A stretch of DNA of 64,000 nucleotides from NCBI GenBank assembly GCA_963719085.1, contig CAVRAL010000001.1, positions 204,096 through 268,095 on the forward strand, in the 5' to 3' direction. Origin of the DNA: a candidate division FCPU426 bacterium. GTDB taxonomy: Bacteria; Oederibacteriota; Muellerivitia; Muellerivitales; Muellerivitaceae. Below are positions 16,469 through 24,185 of this stretch, one piece after another. The notes beneath the pieces were generated by a model that worked only from the letters and a program-made list of their open reading frames with translations, was not told the DNA's origin and made no database searches. How positions within the stretch are numbered: the first letter of the stretch is position 1; every line of letters begins with the position of its first letter. Position numbers and translations under genes: made by a program.

Positions 16469-17865
16469 GCCTGTCCCAGTTTTTAACCCAGCCCCTGGGG
16501 TCCGTGAAAAGGGTCCATTTTATCGGCATCGGCGGCGCCGGCATGAGCGGCATCGCGGCGGTGCTCTTGAGCCTGAAATACCAAGTAACGGGATCGGACT
16601 TGAAACCCAGTGAAGTGACGGACCGCTTGATCGCCATGGGCGCCAAGATCGCCTTTGGCCACAAGGCCGCCAACGCGGTGGGTTCGGACGTGGTGGTTTA
16701 TTCGGCGGCGGTTCCCTTGGACAATCCGGAGATCACCGAAGCCCAAAAGCGGCAAATCCCGGTGATCCAACGCACCGAAATGCTGGCCGAACTGATGCGG
16801 CTCAAATACGGAATCGCGGTCTCGGGCACCCACGGTAAAACCACGACCACTTCCATGATCGGGCTGGCTTTGACCGAGGGAAAACTGGACCCGACCTTGG
16901 TGATTGGGGGCCAAGTGGACGCTTTCAAGTCCAACGCCAAACTGGGAAAAAGCGATTATCTGGTGGCCGAGGCCTGCGAGGCTTTCGGCGAGTTTTTCCT
17001 GCTCTCGCCCATGATTTCCATCATCACCAATATCGACGACGATCACTTGGACTATTACGGTTCCATCGAGAAGGTGCGGGATTCTTTCGTGACCTTCGCC
17101 AACAAAGTTCCTTTTTATGGCTGCGTGATTTTGGGGATCGATGACAAGCAGATCCAGTCCATGGTCGGGCAAATTAAGCGCCGGGTAGTGACCTATGGGC
17201 TTCAAAAACCGGCCCAGGTGATGGCCCGCAAGATCAAATACGAAAAAGCCGGGTCGATCTTTGAGGTGGCCCGGGACGGAAAAAAGCTCGGCGTGGTCCA
17301 CTTGGGCGTGCCGGGCCGGTTCAACATTCAAAACGCTTTGGCCGCCATTTCGGTGGCGCTGGAACTCAAAGTTCCCTTCAAGGCGATCGCGGCGGGGTTG
17401 GCCCGCTTCCATGGGGCCCAGCGCCGCTTTGAGATCAAGGGAACCTTCAAGGGCGCCACGGTGGTCGATGATTACGCCCACCATCCCACAGCGGTCTTGG
17501 AAACCTTGAAAGCGGCCAAGCATTTCGCCGGAAGCAAAAAGTTGGTGGTGGTGTTTCAACCCCATCTTTTTTCCCGGACCCAATTGCTCCGGGACAAATT
17601 CGGCAAGGCCTTTGGCGACGCGGATGAGGTGATCATCACCGCCGTTTATCCTTCCCGGGAAAAGCCGATCCCGGGCGTGACGGGCAAAACTTTGGTGGAG
17701 GCGATCCGGGAAAACGGCCACAAGTCGGTGGCGTCTTTTGAGGATAAGACGGCCCTTTTGGAATATTTAAAAGGCCATCTGACCGGCAAACATGTGCTTT
17801 TGACCATGGGCGCGGGGGATATCTGGAAACTGGGTTCGGACCTGGTCCAGAAACATAAAGGTTAG
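16465..17865 (+). CDS. murC: UDP-N-acetylmuramate--L-alanine ligase MurC
   Basis: FIGIGGAGMSGIA and VSGTHGKTTTTSM motifs. The ATG overlaps the murG stop (ATGA). Confidence 0.95.
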   Translation: MSLSQFLTQPLGSVKRVHFIGIGGAGMSGIAAVLLSLKYQVTGSDLKPSEVTDRLIAMGAKIAFGHKAANAVGSDVVVYSAAVPLDNPEITEAQKRQIPVIQRTEMLAELMRLKYGIAVSGTHGKTTTTSMIGLALTEGKLDPTLVIGGQVDAFKSNAKLGKSDYLVAEACEAFGEFFLLSPMISIITNIDDDHLDYYGSIEKVRDSFVTFANKVPFYGCVILGIDDKQIQSMVGQIKRRVVTYGLQKPAQVMARKIKYEKAGSIFEVARDGKKLGVVHLGVPGRFNIQNALAAISVALELKVPFKAIAAGLARFHGAQRRFEIKGTFKGATVVDDYAHHPTAVLETLKAAKHFAGSKKLVVVFQPHLFSRTQLLRDKFGKAFGDADEVIITAVYPSREKPIPGVTGKTLVEAIRENGHKSVASFEDKTALLEYLKGHLTGKHVLLTMGAGDIWKLGSDLVQKHKG

Positions 17866-17874
17866 GAAAAAATG

Positions 17875-17958
17875 ACCACCAAGGCACCAAGACACCAAGG
17901 AAGGCGGAAAGAAAATTCGATTTGTTTTTTTCTTGGTGTCTTGGCGTCTTGGTGGTGA
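17875..17958. repeat. CCAAG-word hairpin element
   Basis: Left arm ACCACCAAGGCACCAAGACACCAAGGA (17875-17901). Right arm TCTTGGTGTCTTGGCGTCTTGGTGGTGA (17931-17958). It lies in the murC-murB spacer. Confidence 0.9.
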
Positions 17959-17972
17959 GGAACTTTTTCGTC

Positions 17973-18920
17973 GTGGATTTTGGGGAACTGAAGAAACGGC
18001 TTAAGGGCCGGGTGGAATTGGGCGCCTCAATGGCGCTAGCGACCAGCTACCACATCGGGGGCGCCGCGGGGGCCTTGGTGGAGCCGCAAGACGTGGAAGA
18101 TTTAAAGACTTTGATGGGCTGGCTTGGGGAAACCCAGACGCCCTACCTCATTTTGGGCGGGGGAAGCAACCTGCTTTTCGCCGATGAGGGCTTTCAAGGC
18201 GTGGTGATCCGCCTGGGACGCGGGTTCCAAGGCGTGCAGGTGGAAGGGGATCGGGTTCGGGTGAAAGCCGCCACCAAATTGGTGACGGTTCTCAATCGGG
18301 CCCGGGAAGAAAACCTGGGGGGCGTCGAGTTTTTCGCCGGCATCCCGGGAACCATCGGCGGGGCGGTGTCCGGGAACGCCGGGGCTAAAAAGGCCTGGAT
18401 CGGGCCCACGGTGGAGGAGCTTTTGATCGTGACGCCTGAGGGCGAGGCGAAGGTTTTAAAGAAGGCGGACTACGTTTACGGATACCGCGCCTCCTCGTTG
18501 AAGATGAGCGGAAATGTTTTGGTGGAGGCGGTCTTGAGGCTCAAAAAAGAGCCCCAGGCGGAGATTGAAAAAAAAGTGAGGGACTATTTCAAGGTGCGCC
18601 GGGGGAAACAGCCCCGGGTGGAGCCCAACGCGGGAAGCGTTTTTAAGAACCCCGAGGGAAACTTCGCGGGGCGTTTAACCGAGTCGGTGGGACTCAAAGG
18701 CTTCAAGGTGGGCGGGGCTGAGGTGAGCCAAATTCACGCCAACTTTATCGTGAACGACGGAAAGGCCAAGGCCCGCGATGTGGTGGCGGTGATGCGGGAG
18801 ATTCAGAAACGGGTATGGGCTGAGTACCAGATCAAACTGGAGCCTGAAATCCTTCCCTTGGGGGATTGGGATTGGGCCGAGATTCAGGATGTGTGGTGGA
18901 ATTTGGAAAAGAAGTTTTGA
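17973..18920 (+). CDS. murB: UDP-N-acetylenolpyruvoylglucosamine reductase MurB
   Basis: FAD-binding GGGSNLLF motif plus the GSVFKNP and ANFIVN motifs. The proposed start is GTG 17973. ORF-track start 17922 translates the hairpin arm (SWCLGVLVV). Confidence 0.9.
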   Translation: MDFGELKKRLKGRVELGASMALATSYHIGGAAGALVEPQDVEDLKTLMGWLGETQTPYLILGGGSNLLFADEGFQGVVIRLGRGFQGVQVEGDRVRVKAATKLVTVLNRAREENLGGVEFFAGIPGTIGGAVSGNAGAKKAWIGPTVEELLIVTPEGEAKVLKKADYVYGYRASSLKMSGNVLVEAVLRLKKEPQAEIEKKVRDYFKVRRGKQPRVEPNAGSVFKNPEGNFAGRLTESVGLKGFKVGGAEVSQIHANFIVNDGKAKARDVVAVMREIQKRVWAEYQIKLEPEILPLGDWDWAEIQDVWWNLEKKF

Positions 18921-18983
18921 ATTTTAAGTTCTAAGTTTTGAGTTCTTAAACTTAAAACTAAAAACTGAGAACTCAAAACTAGG
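18921..18983. repeat. AT-rich word-repeat hairpin (AAGTTYT / AAAACTN words)
   Basis: Perfect 13-bp stem AGTTTTGAGTTCT (18934-18946) with AGAACTCAAAACT (18968-18980) and a 21-nt loop. The arms and loop are built of about 7-nt words (AAGTTCT AAGTTTT GAGTTCT on one side, AAAACTA AAAACTG AGAACTC on the other). It fills the murB-ddl spacer. Confidence 0.85.
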
Positions 18984-18994
18984 GCAGGAAACGA

Positions 18995-19975
18995 ATGAGT
19001 ACAAGGAAAGCAATGAAGCCGAAAACCGGAGCGGGAAAATTGAAAGTGGGTGTCCTGATGGGCGGTTGGAGCTCGGAACGCGCGGTGTCTTTGGTCTCGG
19101 GCCAAAAGGCGGCGGAGGCTTTGAAAAAGGCGGGCTTTTCCGTGGCGATTTTGGATTTGACCTCCACCGACCGGAACGAAAAGAAACTCGCGGCGAGGTT
19201 GAAAAAGGCCCGCTTGGACGCGGCTTTGATCGCCTTGCATGGCGGTTACGGGGAGAACGGCGGCATCCAGTCCTTGCTCGAACGTTTGAGGATTCCCTAT
19301 ACGGGATCGGGTCCCTTGGCTTGCGGATTGGCCATGCAAAAGGCCTGCGCCAAGCTGGTGCTGGAAGCCAACGCGGTGCCGACGGCGCCTTGGCAGGCGT
19401 TGGAACGAAAAACCTCGAATGACAATCGGGGCAAAGAAGTGATCTTGAAATTGCCGCTGGTGGTCAAGCCCGCGGACGGGGGATCGGCGATCGGGGTGAC
19501 GATCGCGCGCAAAAAAGAACAATTGAGCCCGGCCTTGAAAACGGCCTTTAAAACCAGCCAATGGGCGGTGGTGGAGAAATTCATCGAGGGAGTGGAAGTG
19601 ACGGCGGGAGTTTTGGAAGACAAGGCGCTTCCTTTAATCGAGATAGTGCCCGCGAACGATTTTTACGATTACGACGCCAAATACACGCCGGGCCGCTCCA
19701 AACACGTGATTCCGGCCCGGTTGTCCAAGGCGGTGACGAAAAAAGTCCAAGCCGCGGCGTTAAAGGCGGGCCGGGTATTGGGATGCCGTGATTTTTACCG
19801 GGTGGACTTGATCGTGCCGAAAAAAGGCGGCCCGCAAGTTTTGGAAGTGAACACGGTTCCGGGCATGACGGGAACCAGTCTTTTTCCGGAGGCCGCGGCG
19901 AAGGCGGGCACGCCTTTCCCGAAGCTTTTGAAGCGGTTGGTGCTTTTGGCGCTGAGCCGGAAAGGCCGTGATTAA
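18995..19975 (+). CDS. ddl: D-alanine--D-alanine ligase
   Basis: VGVLMGGWSSERAVSLVSG N-terminus, ATP-grasp core and C-terminal EVNTVPGMT motif. Confidence 0.93.
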   Translation: MSTRKAMKPKTGAGKLKVGVLMGGWSSERAVSLVSGQKAAEALKKAGFSVAILDLTSTDRNEKKLAARLKKARLDAALIALHGGYGENGGIQSLLERLRIPYTGSGPLACGLAMQKACAKLVLEANAVPTAPWQALERKTSNDNRGKEVILKLPLVVKPADGGSAIGVTIARKKEQLSPALKTAFKTSQWAVVEKFIEGVEVTAGVLEDKALPLIEIVPANDFYDYDAKYTPGRSKHVIPARLSKAVTKKVQAAALKAGRVLGCRDFYRVDLIVPKKGGPQVLEVNTVPGMTGTSLFPEAAAKAGTPFPKLLKRLVLLALSRKGRD

Positions 19976-21039
19976 TGTATTACCGGGGGTCCCGAGTTTC
20001 TTTAAGCGAAAGCCGGGATCATTTTCATCCCAGCGTGGGGCCGAAGACCTGGCGGGACCGGGCGGCTTCCCGCGCGCAGGAAAAGCCGAAGGAAAAGATG
20101 TTTCGGCTGTCGTTGAAGCTGGTCCGCAAGCCAAAGCGCCAAGCCCCCCTGTTTTCGGGGGCTCGGGCAACGGAAGTACAAGAACAAGTCGTTCATGGAT
20201 TCTACCGGCCCAGCCGCTTGACGAGGGCTTCCAACGGCGGCGCCGCCGCGGTGGATGGCCGGGATGGTCTGCGGCCTGGTTTCGCGGTTCCGCCTTTTGT
20301 GGGGAAGCTGGGGATGCCGATTTTAAAAGCGGGATTGGTGTTGGGGTTGGTGGGGGCCTTGGTGTGGTCCAAGGTGAAGACCTCGGATTTGCTGCAGCAG
20401 ATGTCGGGCTTGACGCTCTCCAAAATCAGCGTGGAGGGCGACCATTATTTGACGGAGGATGAAGTGATCGCCGCGGCCAAGGCGCCCCTGGGAGTCAATA
20501 TGTTCAAGCTCGATCTGGGCGATATCTCCGCCAAGGTGGGAGCCTTGAGCTGGGTGAAAAGGGTGTTCGTCGAGAGGCGCCTGCCCAAGTCCCTGCTCAT
20601 TTCCGTGGACGAGCGCAAACCCCTGGCCCTGTTGGACCATGGGGATCTTTACGCCGCGGATGCGGACGGCCGGATTTTATCCCCTTCGCAAGCCCTCTCC
20701 GGCGTGGACCTGCCGGTGGTGTCGGGCCTTGATTTTACCCCGGACGCCGTGGGGACCACGCTGGAGGCGGCCAGCTTGAAGCCGGCGCTGGATTTTTTGG
20801 AATTCCTGAAACACCAGGACGGGTCCTTGGCCCAGGACGTTTCGGAAGTGAACCTGGCGGAGCCCGGGTGCTTGAAGGTGACTTTTATCGACGGCGTGGT
20901 GGCCCGGTTTAACCCCTTGGTGACCGAGGACGAGCTGAGGCATATGGCGCTGGTGTTGGGCGATTTGAATTTAAAAGGGAAAAAGGCGGCCAGCCTGGAC
21001 TTTCGTTACAAAGACGAAGTGCTGGTGAGGACGCGATGA
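19975..21039 (+). CDS. ftsQ: Cell division protein FtsQ (POTRA domain)
   Basis: TM segment ILKAGLVLGLVGALVW followed by POTRA (ISVEGDHYLTEDEVIAAAKAPLGVNMFKLDL) and the FtsQ beta domain. The start is uncertain. ATG 19975 overlaps the ddl stop by 1 nt. ATG 20098, behind GAAGGAAAAG, is an alternative. Confidence 0.8.
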   Translation: MYYRGSRVSLSESRDHFHPSVGPKTWRDRAASRAQEKPKEKMFRLSLKLVRKPKRQAPLFSGARATEVQEQVVHGFYRPSRLTRASNGGAAAVDGRDGLRPGFAVPPFVGKLGMPILKAGLVLGLVGALVWSKVKTSDLLQQMSGLTLSKISVEGDHYLTEDEVIAAAKAPLGVNMFKLDLGDISAKVGALSWVKRVFVERRLPKSLLISVDERKPLALLDHGDLYAADADGRILSPSQALSGVDLPVVSGLDFTPDAVGTTLEAASLKPALDFLEFLKHQDGSLAQDVSEVNLAEPGCLKVTFIDGVVARFNPLVTEDELRHMALVLGDLNLKGKKAASLDFRYKDEVLVRTR

Positions 21040-21075
21040 ACATGAAAAGAGGAACCATGGATAAAAACAATATTA

Positions 21076-21172
21076 ACCACCAAGACACCAAGACACCAAG
21101 TTTAAAAGGTAACGATGGAACTCAAAAGCAAAAGTTTTTGACTTCCTTGGCGCCTTGGCGTCTTGGTGGTGA
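21076..21172. repeat. CCAAG-word hairpin element
   Basis: Left arm ACCACCAAGACACCAAGACACCAAG (21076-21100). Right arm CTTGGCGCCTTGGCGTCTTGGTGGTGA (21146-21172). It lies in the ftsQ-ftsA spacer. Confidence 0.9.
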
Positions 21173-21204
21173 AAAACATGTTTTAAAACAAGGGGGTGAA
21201 TGAA

Positions 21205-22470
21205 ATGGCTAAGGAAATAAAACAAGACGTGGTGGTGGGTTTGGACCTGGGGACGACCAAGGTTTGCACCATCATCGGGGAGCTGGATGACGAGGGCCAG
21301 GTCCACATCATCGGCGTGGGCACCACCCAGTCGACGGGTTTGAAAAAAGGCTCGGTGGTCAACATCGAGCAAACCATCAACTCGATTAAAAAATCCATCC
21401 AGGACGCGGAGCGCATGGCCGGGGTGGAAGTGACCTCGGTTTACGCCGGGGTGGCCGGAGGGCACATCAAGGGCCTCAACAGCCGGGGCGTCATCGCAGT
21501 GTCCCGCCGGGACAAGGAGATCACCGAGGAAGACAGGGAGCGCGTCATTGAGGCCGCGCAGGCCATCGCCATCCCGCTGGACCGGGAAATCATCCACGTG
21601 ATTCCCCAGGAATATATCGTGGACGATCAGGACGGCATCAAGAATCCCGTGGGCATGTCGGGGGTTCGATTGGAGGCCGAGGTCCATGTGGTGACCGGCG
21701 CGGTGACCAGCGTGCAAAACATCGTGCGCAGCGTGGAGCGGGCGGGGGTTTCCGTCAACGACATCGTGCTGCAGCCCCTGGCTTCCGCGGAGGCCATCCT
21801 TTCGGCCGACGAGAAAGAGCTGGGCGTGGTGCTCATTGATATCGGCGGAGGGACCACGGATATCGCGGTTTTCATCAACGGATCACTTTGGCACACGGGC
21901 ATCATCACCTTAGGGGGGGCCTTGGTCACCAGCGACGTGGCCGTGGGTTTGAGGACGCCCAACACCGAGGCGGAAAGCATCAAGACGCATTTTGGGAGCG
22001 CCTATACCGCCATGGTGAAAGAAGAGGAAGAAATCACCGTGCCGGGCGTGGGCGGGCGCCCGGACCGGCGCATGCCGCGGCGGGTATTGTCTGAAATTAT
22101 TGAGGCCCGCATGGAGGAAATTTTTGAGCTGGTTTCCGCCGAGCTTAAGAAACACGGGTTTGAGGACCGCATCCCCGCGGGGGCGGTTATCACGGGCGGG
22201 TCTTCCTTAATGGAAGGCACGGCCGAGTTGGCGGAAAAAATCCTCCAGCTTCCGGTGCGCATTGGGTCGCCCAAACGGGTGGGCGGGTTAACGGATGTGG
22301 TTTCCAACCCCATGTATTCCACCGCGGTGGGATTGGTTTTGATGGGACTTCGGTCCCACTCGGGGCCTTCGTCGGCGGCCGGGAAGAAAAGCGCGGGCGC
22401 CAAGCAAGGCGGCGGAATGCTGCAGGACATCCTGGGCCGGATGAAGGGTTGGTTCGGAGATTCGATTTAA
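21205..22470 (+). CDS. ftsA: Cell division protein FtsA
   Basis: Actin-fold motifs VVGLDLGTTKVC and VLIDIGGGTTDIAVF. ATG 21205 lies behind AGGGGG (21191-21196). The ORF-track GTG 21196 is 3 codons upstream. Confidence 0.93.
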   Translation: MAKEIKQDVVVGLDLGTTKVCTIIGELDDEGQVHIIGVGTTQSTGLKKGSVVNIEQTINSIKKSIQDAERMAGVEVTSVYAGVAGGHIKGLNSRGVIAVSRRDKEITEEDRERVIEAAQAIAIPLDREIIHVIPQEYIVDDQDGIKNPVGMSGVRLEAEVHVVTGAVTSVQNIVRSVERAGVSVNDIVLQPLASAEAILSADEKELGVVLIDIGGGTTDIAVFINGSLWHTGIITLGGALVTSDVAVGLRTPNTEAESIKTHFGSAYTAMVKEEEEITVPGVGGRPDRRMPRRVLSEIIEARMEEIFELVSAELKKHGFEDRIPAGAVITGGSSLMEGTAELAEKILQLPVRIGSPKRVGGLTDVVSNPMYSTAVGLVLMGLRSHSGPSSAAGKKSAGAKQGGGMLQDILGRMKGWFGDSI

Positions 22471-22480
22471 CGGCGGATTT

Positions 22481-22563
22481 ACCGCCAAGACGCCAAGTGC
22501 GCCAAGAAAGGCAAAGATTAAGAGATTTTGAAGTCCTTGGCGAACTTGGCGTCTTGGCGGTGA
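22481..22563. repeat. CCAAG-word hairpin element
   Basis: Left arm ACCGCCAAGACGCCAAGTGCGCCAAGA (22481-22507). Right arm CTTGGCGAACTTGGCGTCTTGGCGGTGA (22536-22563), with one mismatch. It lies in the ftsA-ftsZ spacer. Confidence 0.9.
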
Positions 22564-22747
22564 AAAGGTTTTGAATTTGTAGTGGGTTGGACTTTGGAAA
22601 GGTGGTGATTGTTTGGCACTGGAACTAAAGGGTTGAGGGGCGCGGGGGCGCGAGTCTTCGCCGCCCAAAGGGCGTGAGGCTTCACGTCCCTGCGCTTAAA
22701 AAATGGGGTTTAAAGTTTCACCAAAAAAATCAAGATGAGGGGGATTT

Positions 22748-23908
22748 ATGATCGAGTTCGCGGAAGACGATGTGACGCAGTATCTGGCCCATTTGAAGGT
22801 GATCGGGGTCGGCGGCGGCGGTTGCAACGCCATCAACAAAATGATTGAGGCCGGGATTGAGGGGGTGGAATGCATCTCCGCCAATACGGACTACAAATCG
22901 CTTCGCCGCAGCAAAGCGGCTAAAAAAATCCAACTGGGAAAGTCCTTGACCAAGGGCTTGGGCTCGGGCGGAAATCCCACGACCGGCAAAGAAGCGGCCA
23001 CCGAGTCCATCAACGAAATCCAGCAGGCGCTGGAAGGCGCGGACATGGTGGTGGTGGCCTGCGGGATGGGCGGCGGCACGGGAACGGGCGCGGCCCCGAT
23101 CGTGGCGGAGGTTTCCAAAAAGATGGGAATCCTGACGGTGGGCGTGGTGAGCCGTCCCTTTGAGTTCGAGGGACCGGTGCGCAAGGCCCAGGCCGAGGAC
23201 GGACTCAAGGCCATGATGCCCCACGTGGACGCCATTGTGGTGATCCCCAACGAACGCATCAACATGGTTTGCGAGCAGGACATCGATTTGTCCTCCGCTT
23301 TCAGCCGCGTGGATGACGTTCTGGTGCAGGCCATCCAGGGCATTTCCATGGTCATCCACTCGGAAGGGATCATCAACCGCGACTTCGCCGACGTGAAGCG
23401 CATCCTGACCGCCAAAGGCAAGGTCTTGATGGGAACCGGTTACGGGACCGGCGAGGACCGGGCCTTGAAAGCGGTCCAAAAAGCCGTCAACAGCCCCTTG
23501 CTGGAGGATGTGGATATCGCTGGCGCCACCGCGGTTTTGGTGCAGGTGACCGCGGGCGCGAACTTCAGCTTGAACGAGTTCAACCAGATCAACGGGTTCC
23601 TGCAGAAGGCGGCCCGGCCTGGCGCGGAAATCATCCCCGGCATCGTGAAGGACGAGAATCTTCGCGACGGCCTGCGGGTGACCATCATCGCCACCGGTTT
23701 CGACCAAGTGAAATCGGCCGACACCGCCACGGTGATCGACCTGAAGAACTTCGTCAATCCGAACTTCCAAACCTCCAAGGGGGACACCGCGGCTTCGATC
23801 GGCGCGGAGGATTTCGAGGGGGATATGGGCATCAAGTTGACCGAAGGGCAGTACGAGATTCCGGCTTACCTGCGCCGCCGTTTGGCCAGCAAGCCGTTTA
23901 ACAACTAA
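22748..23908 (+). CDS. ftsZ: Cell division GTPase FtsZ
   Basis: Tubulin signature GGGTGTGAAP, VIGVGGGGCNAINKM, and a C-terminal conserved peptide (IPAYLRRR). Confidence 0.97.
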   Translation: MIEFAEDDVTQYLAHLKVIGVGGGGCNAINKMIEAGIEGVECISANTDYKSLRRSKAAKKIQLGKSLTKGLGSGGNPTTGKEAATESINEIQQALEGADMVVVACGMGGGTGTGAAPIVAEVSKKMGILTVGVVSRPFEFEGPVRKAQAEDGLKAMMPHVDAIVVIPNERINMVCEQDIDLSSAFSRVDDVLVQAIQGISMVIHSEGIINRDFADVKRILTAKGKVLMGTGYGTGEDRALKAVQKAVNSPLLEDVDIAGATAVLVQVTAGANFSLNEFNQINGFLQKAARPGAEIIPGIVKDENLRDGLRVTIIATGFDQVKSADTATVIDLKNFVNPNFQTSKGDTAASIGAEDFEGDMGIKLTEGQYEIPAYLRRRLASKPFNN

Positions 23909-23926
23909 GGCGGTAAACAGCGGCAT

Positions 23927-24016
23927 TCACCACAGAGTTACACAGAGTGAACAGAGTAAGGATCAAACCCTATTTGGGATTTGGTTTTACTCCGAGTAAC
24001 TCGGTGTAACTCCGTG
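23927..24016. repeat. Word-repeat hairpin, 10-nt word family (CACAGAGTKA)
   Basis: The left arm is three tandem 10-mers, CACAGAGTTA CACAGAGTGA ACAGAGTAAG (23931-23960). The right arm is three inverted 10-mers, TACTCCGAG TAACTCGGTG TAACTCCGTG (23988-24016). The loop is about 27 nt. It starts 19 nt after the ftsZ stop. Confidence 0.85.
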
Positions 24017-24041
24017 TTTCAAAGATTTTGACTGTCTTTTT

Positions 24042-24175
24042 GGCCCGGCGCTCGTCGGGCCGATGAGACGGAAGCACGGCGCCCGGACCCTTTGGTGCTC
24101 CGGGAACACCCCCTACGCTTTTCGACACCTGGGGTGCCTCCCCGTGCTTCCGTCCCATCGCTGGGGATTTTTTTA
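24042..24175 (+). promoter_or_regulatory. Structured leader or complex terminator candidate: a 19-bp long-range helix enclosing two smaller helices, then a T7 run
   Basis: P1 is CGATGAGACGGAAGCACGG (24061-24079) with CCGTGCTTCCGTCCCATCG (24142-24160), 18/19 paired. Inner helices are CCCGGA (24082-24087)/TCCGGG (24099-24104) and CACCCC (24107-24112)/GGGGTG (24131-24136). A 5' hairpin is GGCCCG/CGGGCC (24042-24061). TTTTTTT lies at 24168-24174, directly before the RBS and TTG of the deacetylase gene. Confidence 0.45.
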
Positions 24176-24185
24176 GAGGATCCCC

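Noticed and set aside
9549-22563. Whether the CCAAG tandem words are a CRISPR array or a degenerate one.
   Set aside because: The words are only 8-10 nt long and directly abut each other without spacers. They occur as inverted arms at many separate loci, and there are no cas genes. This is not CRISPR.
22614-22630. A TGGCAC hexamer in the ftsA-ftsZ spacer as a second sigma54 promoter.
   Set aside because: The -12 element is missing: TGGCAC-TGGAA-CTAAA has no TTGC/GC at the required spacing.
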